This document shows positions 1-9,655 of a stretch of DNA of 64,000 bases, piece after piece (the stretch's first letter is position 1; each line of letters opens with the position of its first letter). Below the pieces are notes generated by a model that saw only the letters and a program-made list of their open reading frames with translations, made no database searches and was not told the origin of the DNA. The translations under genes were made by a program, and so were the position numbers. Source of the stretch: Prasinococcaceae sp. CCMP 1430 (Eukaryota; Plantae; Prasinodermophyta); assembly GCA_013416795.1 (NCBI GenBank), contig RQSC01000958.1, positions 62,001 through 126,000 of the forward strand, given 5' to 3'.

Positions 1-311
1 TCCCGAAGGGCGTCAGCGCCATGGATTTACCCGCAACAAAAGTTCGCGTCGGCCGCCCTCCGCGGCGGACCGGTGGACGAGACAAAACCCAGCAGGCCTC
101 CGCGTGGCTAGACGGCTGAGACGGTAACTGTCGTAATATCTGCAATGTCGTCGCCGCGTCCCCACCCACCGCCCCCTTCCGCGCCCTGCCCAGCGCCTCA
201 CCTAGGCTATCCCGCCTGCTGCGAAAACAATGTGTACGTGTTACAAGACGGCCGCGGGGCTCGATCGAGGATCGGCCCAGTCCGCCGCGAATCGACGCTG
301 CCGCCGCGCGG

Positions 312-1199
312 TCATCGCGCGCTTATCGCCCGCTGCCACGCGTCGTACAGGACGTTCACCGGCGGGTTGTCGACCAAGATGCCCCTGTGGCCCTCGAACT
401 TGGGGCCGAGCAGCCATGCCGCGGTGGCGCCGCCCACGAAGCCGCCGGCGTGCCCCCAGTTGTCGATCTGCGGACTCGTGAGGCCAAGGAGGGCGTTGAT
501 GAGCACCATGAACGACATCGATTGAATCATTGCATCCACCCTGCGCTTGCCCAGCAGGCGCTCGTTGCGCTTCAGATAGCACATCTGCGCGCCCACGAGC
601 CCGAAGATGGCGCCGCTTGCGCCCACCGCCGGCGCAACGCTGCCGAAGTAGCTCGCGACGTTCCCCGCGATCGCGCCCGCCGCATACACCTGCAGGTACC
701 GCTCCCTACCGAAGGCGACCTCGACGCCTCGACCGACGTTGTGCAGCGAGTACATGTTCACGAGCAGGTGCACGATGCCCGCGTGGCAGAAGGCGGGCGT
801 CATGAAGCGCCACCACTGACCGGCCGCGATCGCCGAGTTCACCTTCGCCAGCTTGTCCACGATGGCCCCGCGCGTCAACAGCTGGAAGGCGAAGACGGTG
901 AGGTTCGAGGTGATGAGCCAGTCCGTGACGGGCGTGTTCCTGCGCGACCGCGGGTCGAGCGACCGCGGGTCGCGGCCAAAGAGCGCGACGTCGGGCAGCG
1001 CCGCGCCCGCTTTTCCGGCGCCCGTCGTGGGCATCACCGCGCCCGCGGCGAGCGCGCCCGCGCCCGACTCCCGCCCCGCGCGCGCGTGCGCGCGCGGGCG
1101 TGCGTGCGTGGGCCCCCCTCCCTCACCCCCCTCCCTCACTCCGGCGCACCCGGCAGCCGCCTCATCCGTTCGCGCCCGCGCCCGCGACCACGCACACAA
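312..1199 (-). CDS. Rhomboid intramembrane serine protease (possibly organelle-targeted, RBL10-like); true start uncertain (first ATG at 1034)
   Basis: ORF has GQWWRFMTPAFCHAGIVHLLVNM (WR loop and HxxxN), catalytic GASG, and GHAGG, with several hydrophobic helices. Confidence 0.92.
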   Translation of the reverse strand: MCAWSRARARTDEAAAGCAGVREGGEGGGPTHARPRAHARAGRESGAGALAAGAVMPTTGAGKAGAALPDVALFGRDPRSLDPRSRRNTPVTDWLITSNLTVFAFQLLTRGAIVDKLAKVNSAIAAGQWWRFMTPAFCHAGIVHLLVNMYSLHNVGRGVEVAFGRERYLQVYAAGAIAGNVASYFGSVAPAVGASGAIFGLVGAQMCYLKRNERLLGKRRVDAMIQSMSFMVLINALLGLTSPQIDNWGHAGGFVGGATAAWLLGPKFEGHRGILVDNPPVNVLYDAWQRAISAR

Positions 1200-1291
1200 A
1201 CCGCGGAATCACACCAATTTCAATTTCCATTTCCGTCGCACGGCCGCACCACGCGTTAAGAACTATGTACATCCGCTGCAACGCGATTTGA

Positions 1292-1452
1292 TAAAAAACT
1301 GAAAAGTTGTGAGTCCACCGCAAAGCGGAACACCGACCCCTGCTCGTCAGGGTTGGACCTGCGATCGACGCCCCGAAGTGCGCTTCATTAAGGGTAGGGT
1401 TTACTTTAATCGCGGTTTCACCGGTTTGGCTCATACGGCTCCACCAATAGTC
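1292..1452 (-). ncRNA. Structured ncRNA candidate, possibly telomerase RNA (alternative: H/ACA-type RNA)
   Basis: Minus strand: UAAACCCUA (1403-1395) sits in a loop closed by GCGAUU/GAUCGC (1413-1408/1366-1361). An adjacent 3' domain is closed by GGUCCA/UGGACU and holds two hairpins. The segment ends in TTTTCAGTTTTTT. No promoter element was recognised. Confidence 0.35.
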
Positions 1453-2501
1453 TAAACACACACACACACACCCACACGCCACAAAAAGCGCGGGAAACGC
1501 TCCCATCGGAACGCCCCGGGGTTTTTCCCCTTCGCTTTGACCTTTTTCCAACCCGCCCCCAAAAGATGTACAAAGGCACCCGCAAAAACCCAGAAGAAGG
1601 AACAACGAACGACGCCGGCTCGCTGGGATTCGGCGGAGATTGTTCTTTTCGGAACGCCGCGACCGAGCGCACATCGATGACGTAACGGTAATGAAGGTCA
1701 GTATGCCACACGGGAGATTCCGTTTTCACCATCAAAATGCATCCATCGACGGCGTCCGCACAGTACACACGCCGGGATCCGCAAAAGATCGCCCGGGCCC
1801 GCCCGCGCGCAACACCAACCGCAACCGAAGCCGGGGCGAGGCGCCGTCGCGGCGCGCCGCGCCGGCGCGCGTCGCGGCGAGTACGCGCGAAACAGATACG
1901 TGCATTTGTACCGTCATTTCGCGGATTCACATCTGAAATATCGCGTCTTACGTGAAGTGTGTGACCTTTTCCGTCGCGCGCGCGCGCGCCGGGACCGCCG
2001 CGCGGCGAGCCGTGCGCGGCGGAATCCATCGCCTAATCATCGGAATCCTAGAAGAAATGGAATCCACTTTGGAGGTGGGGGCGGATTGCGGATGCGCGCG
2101 CGGGTTCGCTCCCGGCGCCGTCGGGGTTGTGAGGTGCGCGTATTTTGCGGCGTCAGTTTTTTTCTTCTTCTCCTAGGTTTCTTTTTGTGCCCTTTTACAT
2201 CTTTTTGATCTTTTTGTTTTCGGAACGCGCGGATTTGGGATGGGTTTGGCGTCGCGCGCGGGTGTGAAAGTGATGGGAGCGGGATGATTTCATCGCCGCA
2301 GGGCCGGGGCGCGCGGCCGGGGCGCGGAGGCGGAGAGGGAGAGCGCGCGCGGGTGTGCGGCGCCACAGCGCGACCCCTGGGGGCGGCGCGAGGGAGGGGA
2401 GCCGGGCATCCCTCGGCCGCGGAGGTTGCGTGGGTGGGGGTGAGGGGGAAGGGATCGCGTGCATCGCTCGCGGCTCTCGCCGCGCCAGCCGCGCGCGCGA
2501 G

Positions 2502-2509
2502 TGTGTGTG

Positions 2510-2560
<51 letters not shown>

Positions 2561-2873
2561 GTATGTGTCAGTAGACTCGCTTGTGCGTGCTCGTACTCGA
2601 ACACGCGCGATCGCGTGCGTGTGCGCGCGCGTGTGTGTGTGCGCGTGTGTGTGCACGCGCGTGCGTGTGTGTGTGTGTGTGTTTGCACCCTCGGCGCCGC
2701 GCACCTGCTGCGCCCGCGCTTGCTCGGGGGCGCGCCGTCGCCACCGTCGGTGGCGCCCATCGCCGCGACGACGGCGTTGGGCGCGCGCTTCGGCTTCTTC
2801 GTCGGCGTGGGGGGCTTGGACTCGATCGGGCCCAGCCCCGCAGCGGCGCGGATCCTGCGTGTGTGTGTGTGTG

Positions 2874-2951
<78 letters not shown>
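2502..2951. repeat. Three (GT)n/(CA)n microsatellite blocks (about 2502-2556, 2630-2682, 2858-2951)
   Basis: Dinucleotide arrays visible directly in the sequence. Confidence 0.97.
2705..2854 (-). CDS. Orphan 150-nt internal exon ([38 protein letters not shown]...) of an unidentified gene
   Basis: Minus-strand acceptor ACGCAG| and donor |GTGCGC flank an open, Lys/Pro-rich frame between two (CA)n tracts. Confidence 0.45.
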
Positions 2952-2953
<2 letters not shown>

Positions 2954-3027
2954 GCGGGGGCGGGCGGGCGAGCGAGGTGCTGACTGCGTTGACTGCGTGC
3001 GACCCCTTCCGAAACATCGAGCGCAGG

Positions 3028-4430
3028 CCATCGCCGCCCAGCGCCGCGAGCTGGAGCTGAGCGGCAAAACGTTCCCCGCGCCTGTGAGCCACCCCGTGTG
3101 GGAGGCGTCCGTCCGCAACACCCGTGGTGCCAAGCCCAACCAGGACGCCAGCTGCGCTGCCGCGATGGCAGGCAATCGCACCGTTGTGGGAGTGTTTGAC
3201 GGTCACGGCCCGCACGGCGAGCAAGTGAGCGGCATGCTGAGCCGTGCGCTGCTAGCGGCCGTGCTGGACACCGCGTCCAAGCATACCAATGAGGAGGTCG
3301 AGGAGAGCGCCCTCAGCGACTACAACGAGGAGTCGCGCGTAAGCGACAGCATATCCTCGAGCTTCAACGGCAGCGCGAACGGCAGCGAGGCTTCGGACGT
3401 CAAGGTCGCCATGAACGGCCACGCCAACGGCCGTGCGAACGGCCGTTCGAACGGCCACGCAAACGGCGTGGTGGTCGCCGCCAGCCCGGCCAAGAGCAAA
3501 GGTGTCAGGGAACTCAACGGCGATGACAGCGCCGCGGTTTCCGAGACGCCCCTGCGCGGTCCCTACAATGAGATGTCCTGCACCCTGAAGCACTCGCGCT
3601 CGTACGAAGTTCTTTCCGGCTTGGAGGCCATAGAGGGCTCCGGCAGCGGCAGGAACCTAATGAAGGCTCTCCTGAGCGAGAAGATTGAGGAGGGCTTCGT
3701 CACATACGAGGAGGAGGAGGACGACGCGGACAGCTTGGACTCCATGCAATCCATCCACTCTCTCATGGTCGAGAGCGAAGAGCCCGGGCCGCTGAACGAG
3801 CGCGCCCTCGCGAGCGCGTTCGTCGCCGTCGACGACATGCTTTGCACTGCCCGGCCAGGGTCGTACGAGGCGGCGATGGTGGACATGTCGGGCTCCACTG
3901 CCATCATGGCAGTAGTTGCCAAGGGCTATGCAATCCTCGCCTGCACCGGTGATTCGCGGGCTGTGCTCGGCGTTCAGAAGGAGGGCGCCAGCGTGGACCA
4001 GTTGGTGGGCGTGCAGGTGACCGTGGACCACAAGCCCACAGGATCGGAGGCGGATCGTGTGATCGCCGCCGGCGGCCGCGTGGCCCCTTGGCCTGGCGAG
4101 ACCCACATCCAGCGCGTTTGGTCGGGCCGCGGCGCCGCGGTGGCCACGTCGCGTGCGTTTGGCGACGCTGGGTGGAAGCACTTTGGCGTCGTTGCCACGC
4201 CCGACGTCGTTCGGCGCAAGCTCGAGAAGGACGACGTGCTGCTCGTGCTGTGTTCCGACGGCGTGTCGGACGCCATCTCGAACGACGAGATAGTGCGCGC
4301 AGCTGGGGTCGCACTCGAGGGCGGGCAAGATCCTGCCGCGGCCGTATGTGATGCCGCGGTGCAGGCATGGGCGGAGAAGTTCGGTCGGCGGCGACGGGAC
4401 GACATCACGGCGGTCGTTGTGAGGCTGTGA
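3028..4430 (+). CDS. PP2C/PPM-family Ser/Thr protein phosphatase (5' exon not identified)
   Basis: Motifs KPNQDA, VFDGHG, MSGSTA, TGDSRAVL, DHKP, SRAFGD, LCSDGV and DDITAVVV. Probable acceptor GAGCGCAG at 3027. Confidence 0.93.
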
Positions 4431-4683
4431 TGGCGGGCGCGCCCTCGCCGCTCTGCGCGTGGAGTCACCGCGCGCGTCCGTGCCCTCGTGGAGGACACAT
4501 ATGAAAGCATAGAGACGAGCGAGCAACTCTGAGCACATCTGTCGCACAGGTAGCTAGAGGGACGCGCCCGTCAAACTACAAAAACATTTTTCGGGTACGA
4601 CGCAGCAGTCCGATGCCACTCGCTTGAAGCGCCTCGATACGAATGGGTGCGCACTGCTTACGGGTCGAGCGCGATTTGTAGTG

Positions 4684-5592
4684 TCAGCCAAAGCCCACAC
4701 CGCCCCTTGCCGACACGTCCTTGTCCTTCGCCCATCGGCTCTGCGCCTTCTCGAAGCTCGAGACCTTCTCAGCCGTCGGGTTCCTCCGTCCACCGCCCTT
4801 GCTCTTGCCGGTCTTCATGTCCCGCAGCTGGTTGCGCAGCGCTTCGGCGCGTCTGTGCAGCGGCGGCGGAAGCTTCTCGTCCGCGGCGGACGCGAGCGCA
4901 TCGATCGCCATCTCGGCCGCGGTGCGCGCCCAGGCCACGCTGTGCCGAGCGAGCGCTGCCTCCGCGCATCCCACGAGCGCCACGCGCCGCGCCCACAGCA
5001 GGCGGAGCTGTCGGCGGCGCTCCGCGCCCTCAACCTCGTCGGCTTCGCCGCCGGGTGCGGGCAATATCTCACGCAGCTCTTCCCCCCTCTCCTCCTCTTC
5101 CAGGGGCGGCAGGGCATCCACGCCCTCCCGCAGCTCCTTGCAAGCGCGTTGGAACTCGAAGCTGTCGTCCGTCGTCACAATCGTGCCCTCGAGCACGGTC
5201 GTGACCAGCCACACGTCGAGCTGTTCGCGCTGGCGCAGGCGGAGCACGCGCGCCTCGTCGGCGGCGCTGAAGAGCGCAGAGTATGCCGGACGCAGCGCCG
5301 GATCGCGACATCGCGCGAGCTCCTCCTCGCCACTCTCGCCGCGCAGCGAGCTCGCGAGCAGCTCGAGGAGCTCCGGAGCGGCCTCCTTGGTGAGGGCGCC
5401 GGGCGTACGCAGCAGCCGCACCGCCATCGACGCGACCTTGGCCATTTTTTTGGCATGCGCCGCGTGCGCTGTCAGCCGCACGAGCGCCTTTCGGCCGTCG
5501 GCCGCTGGCCCCGCGCCGTCGGCTGCCGCCCCCACACCGTCGCCACTGCAGCCGCCGTCCGTGCGCACCCGCTTCGCCGCCGGCTCCGACAT
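4684..5592 (-). CDS. Conserved hypothetical helical protein
   Basis: Open frame from MSEPAAKR with coding-like codon use and motifs TTDDSFEF and HSVAWARTA. No function recognised. Confidence 0.7.
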   Translation of the reverse strand: MSEPAAKRVRTDGGCSGDGVGAAADGAGPAADGRKALVRLTAHAAHAKKMAKVASMAVRLLRTPGALTKEAAPELLELLASSLRGESGEEELARCRDPALRPAYSALFSAADEARVLRLRQREQLDVWLVTTVLEGTIVTTDDSFEFQRACKELREGVDALPPLEEEERGEELREILPAPGGEADEVEGAERRRQLRLLWARRVALVGCAEAALARHSVAWARTAAEMAIDALASAADEKLPPPLHRRAEALRNQLRDMKTGKSKGGGRRNPTAEKVSSFEKAQSRWAKDKDVSARGGVGFG

Positions 5593-6045
5593 TCGCCCGG
5601 CGCCGCACCGCAGAGCGCCGCGCCACCCACGCCGTGCCAGTGTGCGTTGAGTGGGCCTCCCGCGCCGCATGTCGAACTGGAAGAAGCCTGGGAGGCCCAG
5701 CCCTCTGAGCGCCGCGCCACAGAGCGCGCGCGGCACACGCCTCAGAGGAAGAGAGGGGACGGGTCCGCTGTGGGCGGGGTGAAGGGCCGGGGTGGGGGCG
5801 GGCTAGTCCGCTCTCACGTGCCCCCTTCGCTTCCCCACGACCCTTGGAGGCTGCAGGGGCGGGCGGGGCCGCGTGATAGCGTCGCGCAGCCCACGCGCCG
5901 CCGACGCCGCGCGTGCCCTAGTGGCGCGCCGTCGCGATCGAGGTCTTCGTCGAGAAGGGCATGCGGCATGGGCAAAAGATTGTCTTCCGGGGGAGGCGGG
6001 GTTGGCGCGGGCCGCGCAGGGTCGCGCGCAGCGCGCGCTGCAGCG

Positions 6046-7144
6046 ATGGCGAACAGGACGGACAAGAGTGCCTACGCGCTGCATGGCAAAGACCCTCAGC
6101 TGCTTGTGGAGAAGATCCTGCGCAATAAGGTGTACGAGTCGCTCTACTGGAAGGAGAAGTGCTTCGGCCTTAACGAGGAGGGCATCCTCGACGAGGCCGT
6201 CGTCGCAATCAGCGAATACGGAGGGCCCGCCGCTCCGAACAATGCGAAGGGTGTGTGCGCGGGACTGGGCGCCACGCGACGGTTGTGCGCGATGGCGGAC
6301 CCGGTGCAAGAACATGTGTCTGCGTCGGCGCCCGTTTGGGAGGAGCAGCGACGCCCCCAGGCCCGCGCGGCTTTGCGCCGCCGCCAGCGTGCTGACCGCC
6401 ACCTCCCCGCGCCGGTCCGCTCCCTGTGCCTCCACAGTCACTCCGTTCCTCTCCCTCCTGCTGAAAACGCTGGCGATCCAGCCGAAGCGCGACATAGTCC
6501 TCGAGCTTATTAGGAACGAGGATTTCAAGTACGTCCGTCTGCTCGGTGCCCTGTACCTGCGCATGACGGGCCGCCCCGCAGAGGTATACAACTACCTCGA
6601 GCCCTTGTACAATGACTACCGGCGCGTGCGCGTGCGCAACGTGGACGGCTCGCTGTCGCTGAAGCGCGTGGACGAGGTGGCGCGGGAGATGCTTACGAGC
6701 GACACGACGATCGGCATCGCGTTGCCGCGCCTGCCCAAGCGCTCCGCGCTCGAGGAAAGCGGCATCCTCAAAGGCGCGCGCAAGAGCGCGCTCGCGGACG
6801 AGTTCGAGGCGGCCAAGGTCAAGCGCCTCCAAGAGCTCGAGGAGGAGAAGGCGAGGGAGCTGGAAGAAATCGGGGCAGCGGTGCAGGCGGAGCGGGAGAG
6901 GGGGCGGGACGGCGGCAGCGATCGCGGCAAGCGGAGGCGCGACCGTGCAGATGGTTTCGGCGGGTACGGCGAGCCGCGGAGTGCGCGAGAGGACAAGGAA
7001 CAAGGCGAGTACGACGCAGGCGGCGACGCGCGTGGCGATGGCGGCAGCGGCGGCGGAAACGGCGGCGGTGGCAAAGACGAGCTTGACGTTGACGCGACGA
7101 ACGCGCTGCGCGCTAAGCTTGGCCTCGCACCGCTCAAGGAATAG
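6046..7144 (+). CDS. PRP38A: Pre-mRNA splicing factor PRP38A; exons 6046-6250 and 6438-7144
   Basis: MANRTD...HGKDPQLLVEKILRNKVYESLYWKEKCFGL, then TPFLSLLLK...IQP...NEDFKYVRLLGALYLR and YLEPLYNDYR. The GT-AG intron 6251-6437 restores the frame. Confidence 0.97.
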
Positions 7145-7222
7145 AGCACGCGTGTCGCAGTAATGTACAGTACCAATACAATGAAATCAAACAACAGTGG
7201 CTTTGGCGCCTTCGTGAATGCC

Positions 7223-9207
7223 TCACCGTCGTGCCATGTCCTCATTTCTCCGCGCCCGCTTGGACGGCCTGGCCGCTCCGGCGGTCCCAGCGGCACCGCC
7301 CTGGTCGGACGAGAGCATCGTGACCGAGTCGACACGGAAGAGCGGCTGCGCGGTGTATCCCGCAGAGCCTTCGAACCGCCCGGTGAAGAGCAACTTGGCT
7401 GATGCATTGCGCTGCCCAAGCCCAAGCGCTGCTAGCTGTGCGAGGGCCGAGTCGGCAGCATCGGGTCGCGCATGCTCGCCATCCCCAAACCCAGCCATCG
7501 GGACCACAGAAGCGCTACCAGCGTCTCCCGTCCGCACGAGCGCATCGCGTATTGCCTGTGGGGATGCGCCCACGACGGCAGACTCGACGCCGCGATGCGT
7601 GAGCACGGCGTCCAGCACGGCGACAGCGCCATCGCTACCGGCGTCAGTGGCCGTGTTATGAGCTAGCTGGCGCGGCTCGGTGAGCCTGATTGCCATCTCG
7701 CGGAAGAGCACTGCTGGCACGTGCTCGTCGTCAGCCGTGCCATCGGCGGCAGGGCAGGCCTCCCAGGCGGTCACCAGCACACCAGCGTCACTGCGACGCA
7801 GACACGCCTTACAGCGCGCGCAACCGTCGAAGAGGTGCGCCGCAAGCTCAGCACGCCCAGCCGCGGCTGCCGGCGGCGCCTCGACAACCCCTTCCACCTC
7901 AGCCGCGCCTGAGCGCGCCCCGAACCGCGCGCTGGCAGCAGCGAGCGATAGTCGCAGGGTCTCGCCGCGCGCACCACCCGCACAGGCGAATGCAGCGGCG
8001 ACAGCGGCGGCAGCTACGTCGGTGCGCGTGTCGACTAGCTCCAGTAGGCCATGCGATTCGTGGTTCTTGCGCGCGCTGACGTCTGTGCCGGCAGACGCCC
8101 TCGCGTCCAACGTCACGAGCACAGCTCGCTCCGGCTCGCTCGCGCGCAGCCTCCGCCGCTCCACGCGCACGCCGCGCGCGGCCACGACGGCGCTAGTCAG
8201 CGTGAGGCGCAACGCCTGCGCGCTGCCCTCGGCGCGCGCGGTCTCGGGCTCCAAGAAGAGCGGTACGTGGCTGGGGAGTGCAGGCGACTGCGAAAGCCAC
8301 AGCACAGCGCCGCCGTCGGCGCGCTCATCCACGCGTACCACGTAGCCTCTAAAGTCACCGATGGTGCCTGCTACGAGCGCGCCCTGCCGCAGCCCGTCTT
8401 GCAGGTCCCCTCCAGCTGCAGTCGCCCCATCCCTGTTGTCACCACTCGCTCGGGCCTCGCGGAGAAGCGCGCGCATGCGCCGTGCCCACGGCAGCAGCTC
8501 AGCGAGAGCTTTGCGCGCATGCGGCACGCATGCATGCTCTGCGCGCCTCGCCACGGCCCTTCAAGGTCATGGTGTCGATAGGTGGCGTGTGTGCGTGTGT
8601 GCGTGTGTGTGCGCGCGCGCGCGCGCGTGCGCGCGCGTGGGGTGGTGTGAGGGGGGCGTGTGTGAGGGGGGCGAAGGTGCAGGGGGGTGGGTGTTAGGCG
8701 AAGACGCCACGTGCGCAGCGTCAGCGAGAACGCCAGCGCGTACTGCCTGAAGCTCTTCGTGAGAGCGTGGGTGCGCGACTGCACGCACTTTGTGAGTTCT
8801 TCGTCGGCGCTGACCAGCATTTCAATCCAAGCAGTGCCTCCACGCTCCCGACGCGCGAGTGGACCAGCCGAGACATCTCCTCCGCCGCCGCCACCGTACA
8901 GCCTCCCACCTTTGGCCACGGTGCCGGTGCGGGGACGCACGCCGCGAAGCAGCACGACGCTACCTGCTGGCGGCGCAGGCGCCCGCGCCCCGGCACCCCA
9001 GACGCTGAGTGTCGCCGCTGTGCAGCTAGCATCGCCAACGCACAGCTCGCGCACGCACGAGGCGTACCGTCCCACGCCCTCCCGCAGCTCGCCGGACGAA
9101 AGCAGGACCGCCACCATGTCGAAACCTGCTCGCTGCTGCTGCTGCCGCTGCTGCTGCCGCTGTTGCTGCTGCTGCCGCTGTTGCTGCTGCTGCTCCTGCT
9201 GAGCCAT
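7223..9207 (-). CDS. Multi-OB-fold ssDNA-binding protein with Zn-ribbon, SHLD2/FAM35A-like (alternatives: MEIOB, POT1, RPA1-like); one intron at about 8560-8730
   Basis: N-terminal poly-Q. OB-A pattern FDMVAVLLS..RE..LCVGDAS..TLSVWG..GSVVLLRGV. C-terminal FDGCARCKACL..C..VLFREMAIRL matches a Zn-containing OB-C. Confidence 0.6.
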
Positions 9208-9655
9208 CTGTCGCGGCTGCCGTTGCTGTCCATTCTCCGATCGCGCCCGACACGGGGCGAGCGCGGCCACGCCACACGCGCGCGGCATCATGGCGCGTGC
9301 CCTGGCCTGTGTCCCTGCCCCGGCGCCGCTCGGCGCCGCCGCGGGGGGGCGCAATGTGGCGCCGCGATGCAGAGTTGGCGGATAGCTGGCAGATTTTGAT
9401 GGAGCCTTGTCCTTGTGTGCCTTTGCTCCGTTGCCTCCTTGCTTGCCCCGTTATGCCACACACGCCCACACACACAAGAGTCCCGACGGCCCCTTCGCGG
9501 CGCTCCATCTTCTCGGTGCCGAGCGCTGTGGGCAAGTCCGAGCCATGACACACGCACACTCAGACGACACACAGATGGCACAGAGACGCGCGATCAACAT
9601 GCGGTGGAGAGCGCGACGTTGCAAAGCACGAAATCATTAGCTCTCACGCGCATTC

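Noticed and set aside
1-22. Minus-strand ATG giving MALTPFG, like a small-HSP N-terminus, running off the window
   Set aside because: Only 7 codons are visible, which cannot support a call.
1499-1510. TCCCATCG resembling the plant snRNA USE (RTCCCACATCG)
   Set aside because: It is on the wrong strand for the candidate RNA at 1292-1452, and similar words occur in other promoters (about 58692, 26277).
1670-1960. AT-richer stretches with GATGA/CTGA words suggesting a box C/D snoRNA cluster
   Set aside because: No consensus box C is paired with a box D at the proper spacing, and no convincing rRNA guide was found.
2189-2198. GCCCTTTTAC resembling U5 snRNA loop I
   Set aside because: It has an extra C, no enclosing stem and no Sm-site context; it lies in a pyrimidine-rich promoter tract.
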